Below are positions 22,028 through 35,499 of a stretch of 64,000 nucleotides of DNA, one piece after another. Source of the DNA: Blastocladiella emersonii ATCC 22665 (Eukaryota; Fungi; Blastocladiomycota); assembly GCA_025594325.1 (NCBI GenBank), contig JANHCV010000008.1, positions 496,001-560,000 of the forward strand, read 5' to 3'. Both the position numbers and the translations under genes were made by a program. The notes under the pieces were generated by a model that saw only the letters and a list, made by a program, of their open reading frames with translations, did not search any database and was not told where the DNA came from. Each line of letters begins with the position of its first letter. Position 1 is the stretch's first letter.

Positions 22028-24356
22028 ATGAAGCATAACCCCATTCCCATGCATCAGCACTCTATGCATTCTAACCGCGAGGCCGAGTCGAGCCTCGTAT
22101 TTCGCGAGCTGCCGCCCGAGCTGCAAGTCGCGGTTCTGCTTCTCGCCGCGCCACGCGACTGCGTTCCCGCGTCGTCTCGCGACATACAGGCTGCAGCTGC
22201 GGATCAACTCGTGCAACGCATCTGGGATACTCGGCGCTTGAGCTTGTGGGTCACAAACATGCCCGGTGGGGCCGCTGGTTACGGCGATCTGATCTTCCCT
22301 CGGACTGATCTTGCAATGTCCCTGCAGCACGTCGACCAGAAATCTCCCTTCTACCCCAATGCGCACTTCATTCGCGCAGCCTCCTCATTCTTCCTTCATC
22401 GCATGCGGCCTCTCTTGACGACTCCTTACAAGCTCGCTACTCGTGTCACTCCAGCCGTGTTTACCAGCGCCGGCTTGCCGACTCCCACACTCCAAACGCT
22501 TCTCGATGGAAATCTGCCCACCGTATCATGCATTCTCGTCCCCGTGTACTCGCACGTGCAGCTCTTCGTTGCCTCCTTCTCGCGCAACGACGACGGATCG
22601 GCAGCGTGCGAGATGCTAAAGGCCACACTCACTCGGGCCCCAGCGCTGCTCGACGTCTCCCTAGACAATTGGCTTTCGATCCACCGTCCATGCATCAAAC
22701 GGTTCGAGTATGCCCGAGGCTTTCCCGAGCCCATAACCCTGCTCGCGTACCTCGCCGTTCTCGCAATCTACACGTGGAAGTCCGACCTCCTCGAACTACT
22801 CACTGAGCCTGGCGTCGTCATCAATTCGGCCACGCTGCGCACCGCGTTCACGCAGGTCTTGCCCGGCTTCCCGCCGTGCGACCCCAAGGTTGCTGCGAGC
22901 GGCGATGTTACTCGCACGCTCGACTGGCTGATGCGCGCCTTCCCTTCCGTCATCGACGGCATGATCGAGTCAAGCGATCGCGAGATTCCGAACCCGCGCG
23001 CCTCGACCATGCGCCTGGCCCACGTACACGCTATCGTCATGTTCCCGGACCGGTTTCTGGCTGGACTCGAGCCGCGCGAGATGATCGATGTTGTTCTCAG
23101 GGCGAGCCAAAATCTCTTCGCGCCGGACCTGCTTGCGGTCCTCGCCGATCACGACCTTATCGCTCCCGAGACCCTGGCCCAAATCCTGCCCTACGCCGTC
23201 ACCGACTGGGCGCTCAAACACATGCACCGGCTTGCGGAGCGGGTTCTTGCCGCGGCCGGGTCGCGACTTGGGGATGTGGTTGGTTGCGGTGCGTTGAGCT
23301 AACTGCATCGGTTTCTGTTGATTTACAACGGCTAACTCGTTCACCATGCACGTCCACCTAGCTTTTCACATTTGCCTCACGGCCGCTTTGCCTCCAACTG
23401 ACACGAACGCGTCCGTGGGCTCAACGCACCTTCGAATCGCCAAACCGCGCGAGCTTCTCCAGTTCCTAATCCGACACCTGCCCAACGAGCACCAGGCGTT
23501 CTTGGACCAGATCTCGCAGTGCATCGTCACCGGTCGCGATTTAAGCGGACTGACGCAGCAGCAGGAGGACCCCTCGCCCAATCCGGTAACACGATTCTAC
23601 ACGGTCTTGGGCAAGCCGAGCGTTGATTCGCGCGAAATCGCTCTCCTGTTCGAGCTCGCTGCACGCACCATTCATCACACGCCTGTCGGAGCATGCCACG
23701 TTTACAATTCGGCGTACTGGATCATCTTTGCCGCGCTCCGGAACCCCGAGACTCGCACCGATGCAATCCAGCTCATTGAGCAACTTCCCGGCGTCGGCCC
23801 CATCCTGCTCGGCATCATGATCGAGAAGCAGCTGACACGGGAGCCGACGATCGGCGCCAAGTATACCGTCGGCGCGGACGGCGCCACGTCGTGTGATTTC
23901 TGCCCGCTGTGGAACCAAACGTCGTGGTTTCCGGCGATCACCGACCTCCTCGCCCTCGCGGGCGGCATCTCGCAGGTCCCCGAACTGTGCAAGGCAGCGC
24001 TTCGTAAGCAGCTCAGCTCGATCAAGTTCCTTCGCCTGCTCTCCCCGATGTTCTCGTGCACCAAGACCCGCGCGGGAACAAAGTGGACGTGCGACCCGCA
24101 CATCGTCGTGTGTCCTCATGGCGAGCTGGTCCACGCTCTCGCGTGCAGCGACCTCGGTGCGCTCCTCGATGTGCTGGAAGGCTGCAGCTGCTTGACCGTG
24201 GCCGACTTCTGGAGCTGGGTGCCGACCGGCACGCTTGACTTTGTTCGCGACGCTGCGTGGGTTAAACGCCTGATTGATGATTGCGTGTGTGCGAAGCGCA
24301 AGGATTGCATCGAGCAGATGAAGCGCGTCGCGCCGGTTGGTGCGTGGTCTCAGTAA
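22028..24356 (+). CDS. Two-exon protein with N-terminal F-box-like motif (~751 aa), unknown function
   Basis: Exon 1 is 22028-23288 and exon 2 is 23362-24356. The predicted intron 23289-23361 (GTGCGT...GCTAAC...CCTAG, phase 1) joins the two ORF-track ORFs in frame. FRELPPELQVAVL resembles an F-box start (weak). Confidence 0.7.
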
Positions 24357-24576
24357 GGTGGTTGTTGCAGCCCGTGTGTTTCGTAATATGACTTTGCATT
24401 ATCGCTGATGCAGCGGAGGTCGGAATCGCGTTCGTCGGAGCTGCGAGACATTGGGAGACGCGTCAAACAATCATGTGATATGGCGACGCCGACTTTGATC
24501 GGGCCCGCGCGAGCGTGTCGAGCAAGCGCCTCACTCCGTAAGCAGCTTGCAATGAACTTGATCCACCATTCTCTTA

Positions 24577-27500
24577 GTGCAATGTAACCGAATCGCTGCA
24601 ACGCCTGCTGTCGTGGGCGCCGCCGCGCTCCCAGCGCCACCCGTCCCGTCGCCGGCCCTCAGCGCCGCGGGCACCGACGACCTCGGGCTCGACGGCGACG
24701 ATATCCGGTCGCGGTTCCCGTGGTACTCGGCCGACACGCTGTCGCCCTTTTCCGCGGGCTCGCACGTCTCGCTTCGATCGTCCGAGCAGTCGCCCGACCC
24801 GGAGACGGCGTGCGCGTACGAGGCGACGCCGCTCGCTTTGGCGGTTCTCGCGGGCAACGTGCGCGCCATCGCCGCGATCCTCGACCGCATGCGTCGCGAG
24901 GGCACGCTCGCGCGCGACTTGGCGGCGACGGACTCGCGCGGACGCACGCCGCTCGTCGCGTGTATCTTTGGGGTGGACGCGCTCGAGATCACCGCCGACA
25001 ACGTGCCGCTCGTCTCGCAGACGCACCCGTACCACGTGGCCATCTTCCGCCTGCTCGTCGACGCCACGCCCGATCCCGCCGAGTTCGAGCGCCCGCACGC
25101 GTGTATCCACGGCATCTCGCCGTTCATTCTCGCGGCGTACCTCGGGAAACACGACTACGTGCGCCGCATGCTCGAGCGCGGGGCCGCGGTCGATGCCCCC
25201 GACGCGCAGAACGGGACCGCGCTCATGTACGCGGCGCGCGACGCGCATGTCGCGGTTGTCCGGACGCTGCTCGAGTACGGCGCGGCGCCCGACCGCGTGG
25301 ATGGGGATGGGTGGTCCGCGATTGATTATGCGGCCAAGTACCCGCATGTGCGCGAGCTGCTCGAGGCGGCGCCGCGGTTCGATCTGGTACGTTCCTGGCT
25401 GTTCTCTGTCCCGTACGGCGCTCGTATCTCACCCCCGTCACCAACAGGAAGAGGACCTCGCCAACCAGCACGCCGCAGAGACGATCGACGACGCCGACCG
25501 CCGCAACTCGTACCTCGACGCCGTGCGCCACGCCGAGTCCGGGGTCGCCGCGCGCGGCCTGTCCCCGCTCCCGCTGCACATCCACGAGCTGCACGTCCCG
25601 CCGCACCACCAGAACCGGTCCTCGCTCCCGCCACCACCCGCCCTCCCCGTCCACCCGCACTCGCACGCGTCCGCGCCATCGTCCTCGACGCCTGGGTCCG
25701 CGCACGCCCCGCTCGGGGATATCCCGACGCCCGCGACGTCGCCTGCGGGTCCGCCAAGTTCTGCGGGTTCGGACTCGGAGGAGGGCGAGGAGGAAGAGAC
25801 GAACCCCGTCGTCGAGCGCATCTACGCCGAGTACTGCAAAGTCGCCGAGCACGCCAACGCGCTGCGCGCCGCCGAGGCCGCGTGGATCGACCGCTGGTAC
25901 TCGCTCGCGCGGTGCGTCATCGACTCCGTCTCGCCTTCCCCTCAAACCCTCCCCGCCTCCCCGCCCAACGACGACGGGGCGCCCGACGCGCACCTCCTCG
26001 AGTCCCTCACCGCCGCCGTCGCCCACACCGCGCGCGCCGCGCACGCCGCACACGCGTCCGCCGCGGCCCTCCGCCCCGCGCCCCCCGCATCCCCTACGCC
26101 GTCCGAGGACGAGCGGCACGTGCACGCCGCCGACGCCCTGGCCGCCGCGCTCGCGGAACTCCTGCGGGCGGCGGCGACGCAGCGCGCAGCGGTCGACGCG
26201 GCCGTCGCGGCCCGCGACCGCGCCGACGCGCGTAAGCTGCGCGACGAGGCCGAGGCGGCGTCCAAGGACGCGCGCCAGATCGCCGACGAGCTCGCGGCGC
26301 TCAAGGCGCAGGCGGCCGCCGAGTCCGTGCGGGGCGGCGAGGCCGCCGTCGTCGAGCGCGTCCGCGGGATCGCGCAGCTCCTTCCGCCTCCCCCACCGCC
26401 CGCTGCGTCGGTCGCCGACGAAGACGACGGCGGCGCGGACCTCGCGAAAGAGCCCGAGCCCGAATCCCTCGCATCGGCATTCGCAACCCTCGAGTCCCGC
26501 GCGCGGTACGCCGGGTCGGCGCTGCGCGCGCTGCGCGAGCAGAACGTGCGGCTGATCCGCGAGCTCGACCAGAAGGACGTCGCGCAGCGGCTCCTCGAGC
26601 ACCAGGTCAACTGGCTCAAGATCAACCATGAGACGGTCACGGCGCAGCAGTCCCAGTGTCTCACGCTCCAGGCCCACACGATCCAGAGTCTCGCCACGGC
26701 GAATGGGGGTGTGGGGGCGGGCGCGGTTGGGGGTGGGAAGAAGGAGGTCGAGCAGCAGCAACAGCAGCAGCAGCAGCAGCAGGCGGGCGCAGCATCGGCG
26801 ACCTCGGTCGCGGCCGCCAACATGGCCGACGTCCTCCGCCTCGCCGAGTCGGTCGAGCCGCTCGACCGCGTCGTCGGGCGGGACCGCGCGGCGACGGAGC
26901 CGAACCCGCGGCAGCAGTACCACGCACCACCGCCACCACACCCGTCCGACCGTTCGCGCCGCAGCGGCGGCCGCCGCCACCGCCCGCCGCACGACCCGAC
27001 GCAATCGCCGAGCGTCGACTCGAGCGACTATGACGACGACTCGGACGACCAGTACGCCGACGCCCGCCGCGTCTCGGCCGCCACCAACTCGTCGTCGTCG
27101 TCGTCCGCGGACCTGCGCATCGAGGGCGACGGCGCCGCCGCGATCGCCGCGTCGTGGATGGACCCGCGCGGGACGGCCAAGTGGGCCCCGCCGCCCCCGA
27201 CGTCTTCACGGCGTCGTAGCGGAGGTGGTGGCGGGCGCCGGCGCGTCGACGAAGACGGCGTCGAGTACGCGTCCCACGACGACGACGAGTACTCGGACGC
27301 CGGCGCGGGCGCCAACGACGAGGACCATGTCGCGGCTGCGGCCGAGGGTGGGTCGTCACGTTACACCCGCCAAGTCCCGCCACCATCGCGCCGCCCGCCG
27401 GTCCTGCGCCACGCCGCGTCGCACGGCAACTTTGGTCAGCGGTCGCGTCGCCTCGACGCACACGCGCGCCGCCCGAGCCTGCCGACGGACCTCGACGAGT

Positions 27501-28455
27501 ACAGCGGCGAGGACGGGGACGAGTACGCGTCGTCGTACTCGTCGTCGGGCGAGTCGTCGTCGGTCCCCGACAGCATGCGGTACCATCATCATCACGCGCG
27601 GCATCGGACCCACCACCACGCGAACGACGACGCAGCGACCTTTTTCCCGCACCAGCCCCAGGGCATCCGGTTCGCCGCCGGGTCCACGCCAACGCAGCGG
27701 CGCCGCGCGCGCACCGAGCACGGGCACCCGCAGCACGCGCAGCACCAGTTCCCCGTCGCCGACGTGCACTCGCTCCGCCGCACCCGCGCGACGCCCGCGA
27801 CCGCCGCCGTCGCCGCCTCGATCGCGTCGTCCGCGTCTGGGTCCGTGTACAACGGGATCCACCCGCGGTACGTGCTCGCGCCCGGCACCACGACGTATGC
27901 CGCGGGCCATGGGCCGCCGCCAGGGCTTCTGAGCGGTGGTGGCGGCGGGGATACGCTCGGCCGCGGCACCGAGTACGCGACGCTCCCGCTCCCTCCGGCG
28001 CCGCCCGGCGCGCGGAACGTCGTGCAGCGGTATGCGACCGAGCCGTGGTTTGCGACCGCCGCTGGACAGCAGCAGCCGACGGCTCAGCAGCAGCAGCAGG
28101 GCGGCGGGTTCGTTGGCAGCCGCCAGTACACCGCCGCGTCCGCGTCCGCGGCGTCGCTCGTCGTCCAGGCCATGCCGCAGCGCGCCAACCCGCCGCCGCA
28201 GCCCGCCGCGAGGTCGAGGGCGGGGTCCGAGGCCGCGTCGGTCGCGGCGTCGTCGCAGCGCGAGCTCGAGCGCGAACGCGAGCGGGAAAGAGAGCGCGAG
28301 ACGCGGTCGATCTCGGGCCGGTTCACCAGCTCGATTGTCAAGCGCGTGCGCAAGGTACGGACGGTCCGGGCGGGTCGCAACGTGGATGGGTGACTGACGC
28401 GAGCTCCGTTCTCGTGTGCGTGTAGATGCGGTCGTCCAACGATGCGCGTCGATAG
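24577..28455 (+). CDS. Ankyrin-repeat protein with coiled-coil and long low-complexity C-terminus (3 exons predicted)
   Basis: Ankyrin motifs TPLALAV, SPFILAAYLGK, TALMYAARDAH, WSAIDYA. Introns 25387-25447 (GTACGT..CAG) and 28355-28425 (GTACGG..ACTGAC..TAG) keep the frame; stop TAG at 28453-28455. The true start is uncertain. Confidence 0.8.
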
Positions 28456-28702
28456 TCAAGTATGCAGCAGTAAGTACACCTCCAAGAAGCCATCCCATCA
28501 CCATCGTCATCCCCCTCCCTCCTTCCATCCACTCAAGAGTCCTCCTTCGCTTTTCGGTTTTGTCGCCATGATCTCTCGCCATGTATTCCTTACACGTCAA
28601 TCTCTGCGTCAGTCCATTCCTCCTGGAGAAAGAGCCGCGCTGACTTGAGGCGGCCGCGTTTGGCTCTCCTCCCTCTCACTCCCTCTTCGCGAACGCCCTC
28701 AC

Positions 28703-30607
28703 GTGAAAACTACCATGGACTTGATGCAATGCAAACTTGACGTCAGCGAGATTCTTGCTGATATCCTTGAGCGGGCCGTCCGCATGCACGATCCGCGCGA
28801 TGCCTCCGGCTTGCTCCAGTACGTGAGAGTACTCCCACGTAACCGTGCTCCCGAGGTCACTTCCCTCGTCTTGCAGCTTTGTCCGGCTTTTGACGAGCTT
28901 CAAGCAACGCGTAGCGGCATCCTTGCTCTCCTGGACTTGCGCCGTGCGTTCAACCTCAAGCCGATCGAGCCTTCTCATAAAGACGAGACAAATCTTGATA
29001 CAGCGCTCGACGCCGCATTCAAGCGCGGCGACGAAGCAGTGCTCGAGTGGTGGCGCACGGCAAAACTCGATTTTCTACGCCGGTGGGGGTTTCCTGCTCA
29101 CCTCAGCGTGGCACTTGACCTCAAATCCGCAGCCGAGGGGGGCGTCGCACCTGGCGATGTGCAAATTAGTCGCGTTGCCGACGATATTCGGAACGGCAAG
29201 CTGACCGAAGTTGCCATCTCGCAGAAACGTATAACGTCATGTGGGATTGCGGCGCTCAACAGTGCGCTCGCGGTGCCCAACCAGCGGATGACTTCTGTCA
29301 CGCTCAACATGTGCCATTTGGACATCTCCTGCGCCCTTCAACTCAGCCTTCCAGATTCCGTCGTGTCGCTCGATCTCTCTGGCAACGCGCGCTGCCATAA
29401 CACAACAACCCAGAACCGTGGCTTGGCTTTCGGCGCGACGTCATTTCCCATCCACGTCTGGGAGCTTGGGCTCCAAAAATGCTCTTGGGCTACGGAATAC
29501 GTTGCATCTCTCGCGTCGCAGATGCCATGTTCCCTTGTCGCTCTTGATCTCTCCTGGAATAGCTTCAGTGCTGCAGCGATCCAGCAGCTCGTGTCATGCC
29601 TGCCTCAATCGCTCAAGCGATTTATCATGGAAACCTGCCAACTCTGCGAAGAGTCCATCTCGTTGGTTGCCAAACATCTTCCGCCGACTCTCACCGATCT
29701 CAGCCTCAAAGGCAGTCGCATAAAAGGAATTGGTGCCTTTACGCTTGCACAGCGGCTTCTTCAGCTTTCTGCGTTGCGTCGGCTCGACCTTCGGTTCTGT
29801 GGCCTGTCTTCTGCAGTGCTCGCAACCGTCGTCCACAGTCTCCCCGACTCCATGTAAGATCTCGACGTGGGCTATAACAAGTTTCAGCGCGAGGTTGCAG
29901 AGTCGTTTGCTGCTCGCGCCCTTCCCCGACTATGCAAACTCAAACTTGAGCGCGTGGAGCTGAATGATGACACTGTGCTCATACTTCTCCAAGGGCTTAC
30001 CTCGGCGTTGGTGTCTCTCGAGCTTTCCCAGAACGAGCTTGGCGCTCATGGAATAGCTGTCATTCTTCGCAAGGTGGCTAAAACCGCGTCTCGATTTCAA
30101 GTACTGGAACTAAGTCGCATGAACAACGTTGATCCCGAGGATATGAAAGAGCTCGCCGCGTCCCTCCCCGAATCGCTGCGTGAACTGGTTTTCAGCTACG
30201 GCCATCACAGCGAGGAAACTCTTCCCACGGGGGAATTCTTTCAGACCCTGGCACTCGTGTCGTTGACGCGGGTTAAATTCTCCTATTGTTCGCTCGACCT
30301 CCCTGAAATCGAGGCGCTCGCTGCATGGCTTCAGGCAACAACTTCTCTCAAGGCGCTGACTTTGTCAAATTGTGACCTGAACGACGAGGATCTTGATCCG
30401 ATTGTTCGGGCGCTTCCCGCATCGATTGAACACTTGGATTTTGGCAGCAACTACTTTGGCGACGGGATCGTCGAACTACTCCTGGCCTCAAACCTCCCTC
30501 AGCTCAGGGAAGCTCACCTCGCGCTGTATGGAGATGTCACGGATGCAATGATGTTCAAGGCCCAATCGGTGCTTGAGCAGCGCGGATGCAAGGTTTTGTA
30601 TGACTGA
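28703..30607 (+). pseudogene. RNI-like leucine-rich-repeat gene 1 with one in-frame TAA
   Basis: LP.SL..LDLS.N repeats preceded by a VLEWW motif. ORFs 28703..29857 and 29867..30607 are in frame across TAA at 29855-29857, which falls inside an LRR unit (LPDSM*DLDVGYN). Confidence 0.75.
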
Positions 30608-31071
30608 ATTTTTGACAAGCGTCAGCTGCTCGCCAGCTTGTCCCTTCATGGCCCTTGATGGGCCACGTCGAACCATCGCTCAAGGATACGTTTCCGAGCA
30701 GCTCTCTGAATAGCGTCTGCCCGCCTCTGTGAATGATGAAAATGATCTTTGTTGACACCTTTGCCACCACTAAGTGCTCTGATCCAGTAATCCTTCCGCT
30801 TTCAATCAGTCGAAACGAGCTCAGACTTGTAACGCGTTGCGCCACTCGTCTGATCGCGACGGATCGACGCGTCGAGGCTCAAGTTCCAAGGGACAGATGT
30901 GGGAGGAACTCCTGTCGTTTATCCCTAAGCGAAACTCATTGGCAGCTTTTGGCCCATACCAGCTACTTGAGCCTCAAACTCCAAGGGACAGGTGCGGGAG
31001 GGATTCCTGTCGTATATTACCCAAATTCATTGACCTCTTCGGCCACACATGCTGGCCGTGCTCGCTGCCGC

Positions 31072-32279
31072 CTACTTGCGCTGCGCCCGGCGGGCGGACC
31101 GCGACGGCTCGGGCGCCTGCTGCGCGGGTCCCGAGGCGGCCTCGCGAAGCTTCACGCGCTGGAACCGCTCGCCCATGGCGAGGCCGAAGGCGCAGTCCCT
31201 GGCGGTGCGACCGAGCATCCACTCCTCGTTGTCGGCCTTGATCGCCTGGATGTCGAGCGAGTCAGCCCACGAGTGGTAGTCGCGGACAAACTCCTTGTCG
31301 CTGGGCTTGGTCGTGTTGATTCCGAGCCGGGAGAGCATGAGCTTCCGGTCGTACTTGAACATGCAGAAGGTGTTGATGGCGGCCTCGCGCGCGTCGTGCT
31401 CCTCGCTCGTCAGCGAGTCGGGCACGAGCTCCTTGTCCTCGCGGAAGATGTCCAGCTCCGAGTCCGGGTCGGAGAGCTTCTTGGTCATGGCCAGAAGCGT
31501 CGCGATGCGGAGGCAGTTGACGCGGCAGCAGAGCTCGTAGCCGATGTTGGCACCCTCGTCAAAGGCCGCGGAGGTGAAGCGGCGCGCGAGCTCCTCGGTG
31601 GTCAAAGTCGCCGCACCACAGGTGTTGAGGGTACCCGGCCTGCCCGTCTTCGGGTCGTGCGTGAAGACCTACACGCGTCGAGCGCGGTGAGCCGAGCTCG
31701 CCATGGCAATGACGCAGCATGTGGACGTACCTTGAGGCCGCTGTCGCTGAATCGCGAGAGCTGCTGAGGCAGGTTTTTGTCCGTCAACATTTCAAAGACG
31801 GCATTGACCATGTTCGGGTTGAACGAGGAGAGGTCGACTCCAGACGTCTCGATCGCCTGCATCAAATCGCTCATTTCAATGGGCCCGTTAGGGAAGTGCT
31901 TTGTCGCACCCGGCTACACGTACAAGTGGAGCGCATGAGTATCCGATATACAACGGTCATGAGAGAAAGTGGGACGCACGGGCTTCTGTGGCTGCTCACG
32001 CGCAGTGCTAGCCTGCGAGGTCGTGGAAGCAGCGGAAGCCGACCGCGCGGCCGTCCACTGCGCGTACTGCACGACGTTGGCGCGGTGGATGACCGACTTC
32101 TTGTGGCGCTTGAGGGCTTCAGTGCGGAAGTGCACGCCGCACGACTCGCACCACTCGTAGCTGCTGCCCGACTCGAAAGCGGGCGGGAGGTCGGCGGGCA
32201 GCTTCGACGGCGGGTTGACGCGGCGCGCGGGCGAGTCGAGCCACTCGCGGCCAAGTTCATTGGCACTCGGTGTATCCAT
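31072..32279 (-). CDS. Three-exon protein with an N-terminal C2H2 (U1/matrin-like) zinc finger
   Basis: Exons 32279-31980, 31913-31731 and 31668-31072. Introns GTGCGT..TAG (66 nt) and GTACGT..TAG (62 nt) preserve the frame. Motif CESC...HKKSVIH. Confidence 0.75.
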
Positions 32280-32449
32280 TGCGGGGAGTTAGGCGAGTTG
32301 CATGGACGGCGCTAGGCGTCGGTTCGGAGGAGGAAGGGATCGAGCGAGATCGGCGGCGAGCTGAGCAGAGTCGATGGCTTTGCGGTGCACGTGGGAGCCA
32401 CGCCACACGTGAAATGAACGACACGCCGCTCGAGGGAGGCGACAACGGG

Positions 32450-35400
32450 TCAAGACTCAATGACGTTGTCGAAACATGACTTTTCCCCACAGCCGACTTC
32501 GATGCGTTTTGTGTTTGCTGCTCATCAAGAACCTCACGCGCGAAGCCGAGGCTCAGAATTCAGGGTTCGAGCGCTGCTGTCGCAACCAGAAGAAGCCTCG
32601 AGCCGGCGCCGTTCACTGCCGCGAACGCGAACACGGCATTGTCGGCGGGCGCGATGATGCTGACCTGGATCGACTTGGAGCGCTGACGGCGCGAGGCGGG
32701 ATCACAACGGCGCGGACGCACGCGATGGGCCATGGACATGACAGTAGCGGAAGCGTTCGCGAAGAGTGGTCGAGCGTACTCGGTCGAGGCGCACACGATG
32801 GGTTTCTAGCGCAGAGCGAAGGGCGAGCGAGCAATGTGTGAGTGATCGGCCATGTTCGCACGACTGAGAGATCCAGCGCGACACGTCCCAAGTTGACGTT
32901 GACCTGAGACCCCGCCGCGTGACGCTCGCCGCCGACTTGAGCTGGTCGTTTGCGTCGCGGCGCGTCGTGTCGTGGCTGGCCAGAGCTTGGTGTTTGTCGT
33001 CGACTAACGGGGAAGACCACCACGCGCGCGTGGTGTTGTTGCGGAAGTCGAGTCGCAGAAGCCGAGTCGCAGTTGTTGAGAGCGCCGTGTTGAGCGTGGG
33101 CTTGGCCATGGACCGCAGTCGAAGATCGAGATGACGGCAGGCGTCGCGGCACTGGAGCGACCGACGTCGAGGCGCCCTGCCGCTTGGAGTAGTCGAAGCA
33201 GCGGAAGTTGAGCTTCGATAACGACAATGACGACGGGTACGCCAGGCTCAGCCCGGCCCGGCTCGACTTGGCGCCACGAGTAGTGTCGATTCGGGCAGAG
33301 GTCGTGGAGTCGTACTCGCCCTAGCCCTGAGCGACGCGTCAGTCACGATGCTGTCAACGAAGACAGACTCTTCGCGTATCATATACGATATCTATCGCTT
33401 GTCCGACTTGCGCACTTGGCGCGCGTGGTCTCGAGGATGGACGGCGATCGTCAGCCTGAAGCGCTGCTCCTTGCCAGACGACCCGCGGCCCGAGCGAGTA
33501 ATGATGACCACGACCGTGACCTTTGCCATGGCCGCGCGCCGGATCTCGATCAGCGAGCGAGTCCTAGAGCGAGTCCTCAAACGAGTGCGTATGTTGAACT
33601 CCTTGATGAGGGCGAGCTGACCCACGCCCAATGCTGCCGCTGCCCTTGAACGCGCGCGTGCTGGTTCTCGGGTCGTCGTGTGTCGCCGTGGAGCGCCAGC
33701 GCCTCGATCGCGCGACACGAAGAGGATCTGGACAAGAACTGCAGCAGCAGCAAGATGTGAGTGGTCATCGGTGATACTTTTCGGGGCCGGCCGACGCGAA
33801 ACGACGACACGTACAATCCATGCAGGGCAGTGTACGCCGCCCGCCGGCTTGGACTCGCGCCGCGCTGCGCGGTCAGTCGAGCGTCGAGCGTCATGCCGTA
33901 TGTTGAACGAGAGCGTCGAGCGCGGCCGACTTGAGGCGTCGTTGTAGCGTGCTGCCGTAGTAGTCGAGCGACTCGGTCCCTCAAGCTTGCGCGCACAGCC
34001 CCCGCCGCGGGCGGCCGCGCAACGGTTACTACAAGATCGGACGTGAGTGAGCAATGAGGGCATGGCGACCACTACGAGACTATTAAAACTCGTCCCGTCG
34101 CTCTGCTTGAGGCAACGGTCGAGAGGAAGCGGCCTTGCTGCGAGAACTGGGCGAGCAACACGAGAAGCAGTTGATGGTCGCGGCACAGCCCGCCGCCGTC
34201 GCCGCAGCCAGTACGCCCGAGTGCGAGCTTGAAGTTGTCGCTGCTACGCGGAAGGCCGATATCCCAGGTTAGTGTTGATCCGAGCGATGGCTGCCGTGAA
34301 AACGCGCGTACCGTCACCGAGTCGTTGCTGCCGCATCGGGATCCACGCGATCCACGTCGAACTTGACCTGCAGCTTGACGCATCGATCACCGACGGCGAC
34401 GCGTTTCGATGAGAGCGCCACGAGTCGGAGCACGTACCAGCCAGACGTTGAGGAGGAGGAGCGTGGATGCGTGCCTGGAACGACGTGCGCCGCGTCAGCA
34501 GAAGCCGCGAAACGTGCCCTTTTCGTACCAGATGTAGCAAAGGTGCCGCCGAACATGACCGAGGACACACGGAGGCGAAGAGCGGGATGCGAAGGGCGCG
34601 TCGCGTTCCGTCAACGCCGGAGTTGCTGCTGTTGCTGACTGGGGACTACGTATGGGTGCAGATTCGAGGTCAGTCATCTCATAGGCGATCGGGCGGCGGT
34701 CGATGGCCATCGGCGTACTGCGTGGATCCCAGTCGCCTGCACACCGGGTACTCAACACGAGCGTGACGAGCGTGACGAACTCCCGCTCCTGATGCTGTGA
34801 GCTCGCGAAACTCGAAGAACATGAGCAGGAGGTTGATCGTCGCGGCGCTCCGTGGAAACGGTCTGCACCACGGCCACAATCGAGCTCTTGGCCACGCACG
34901 ACAAAGTCGAGGTCGGCGAGCAGGAGAGCGAGACCCTTGACCTTGCCCCGCCGAGCCGCGACGCGACGCGCCGCCGAGCCCATCTCAAAGTGGAAGAAGT
35001 AGACGTAGCCGCCAATGTCTCTCGTTGCCGCGGAAGAAGCGCGAGTTTCGGCCGGTCGTCGCGTGCCGCGGCCTCATGTCGTCGAATCTCACTAAACTCG
35101 GGCGAGCTGTCAGCATCCGTGGCAAGTCATCGAGCGAGAGAGCGGCTGGCTTGTCGCATACCCACCCACCGTAGTGTCGCCCGCCACCCGAGCCTTGGCC
35201 GCCGTGCTGCGCGGCAAGCTTGCTATCGAGAAGCGGAAGCAGGCCGACGTGTGGAGGAAGAAGAGCTTGACGCGCGCATCGCAGCCTTGTTGACCACGGC
35301 GTCGTTGATGCTGCTCGCGAAGCGGGCGGTCGTCGTCGCCGGATTGCCGCTGTTTTGACTCGAAGCACGATGGACCAGGAGTCACCACTACTAGTGCAGC
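32450..35400 (-). pseudogene. Heavily decayed DUF4470-family-like relic 1 (boundaries approximate)
   Basis: Clear nucleotide homology to 36.6-38.1 kb. Translated fragments GRVALDLSVV and RSKSIQVSIIAP..AVNG resemble ARPALDLSDV and RSKLSVKLVP..LING of the intact gene at 50860-54205. Many stops. Confidence 0.45.
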
Positions 35401-35499
35401 GCAGCGGGCGAGCGAGGCGTGAGTGATCGATCATTGGCTAATTAGAGGGAGTTGCGGCGGCCCAGGAAAACACGTTCCATGATGGACGACGACCTGCTG

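Noticed and set aside
23346-24356. ORFs 23346..24356 and 47744..48664 as stand-alone genes
   Set aside because: Better explained as second exons, given the conserved phase-1 intron in both paralogs.
25223-27692. Long antisense and alternative-frame ORFs over the ankyrin and SAXO genes (e.g. 25223..27004, 624..1970)
   Set aside because: Expected stop-poor shadows of high-GC3 coding sequence; no motifs.
29853-29887. 34-nt GTAAGA..TTTCAG intron removing the TAA in LRR gene 1
   Set aside because: It is much shorter than the other introns here (56-73 nt), shifts the frame into an early stop, and would delete a good LRR unit.
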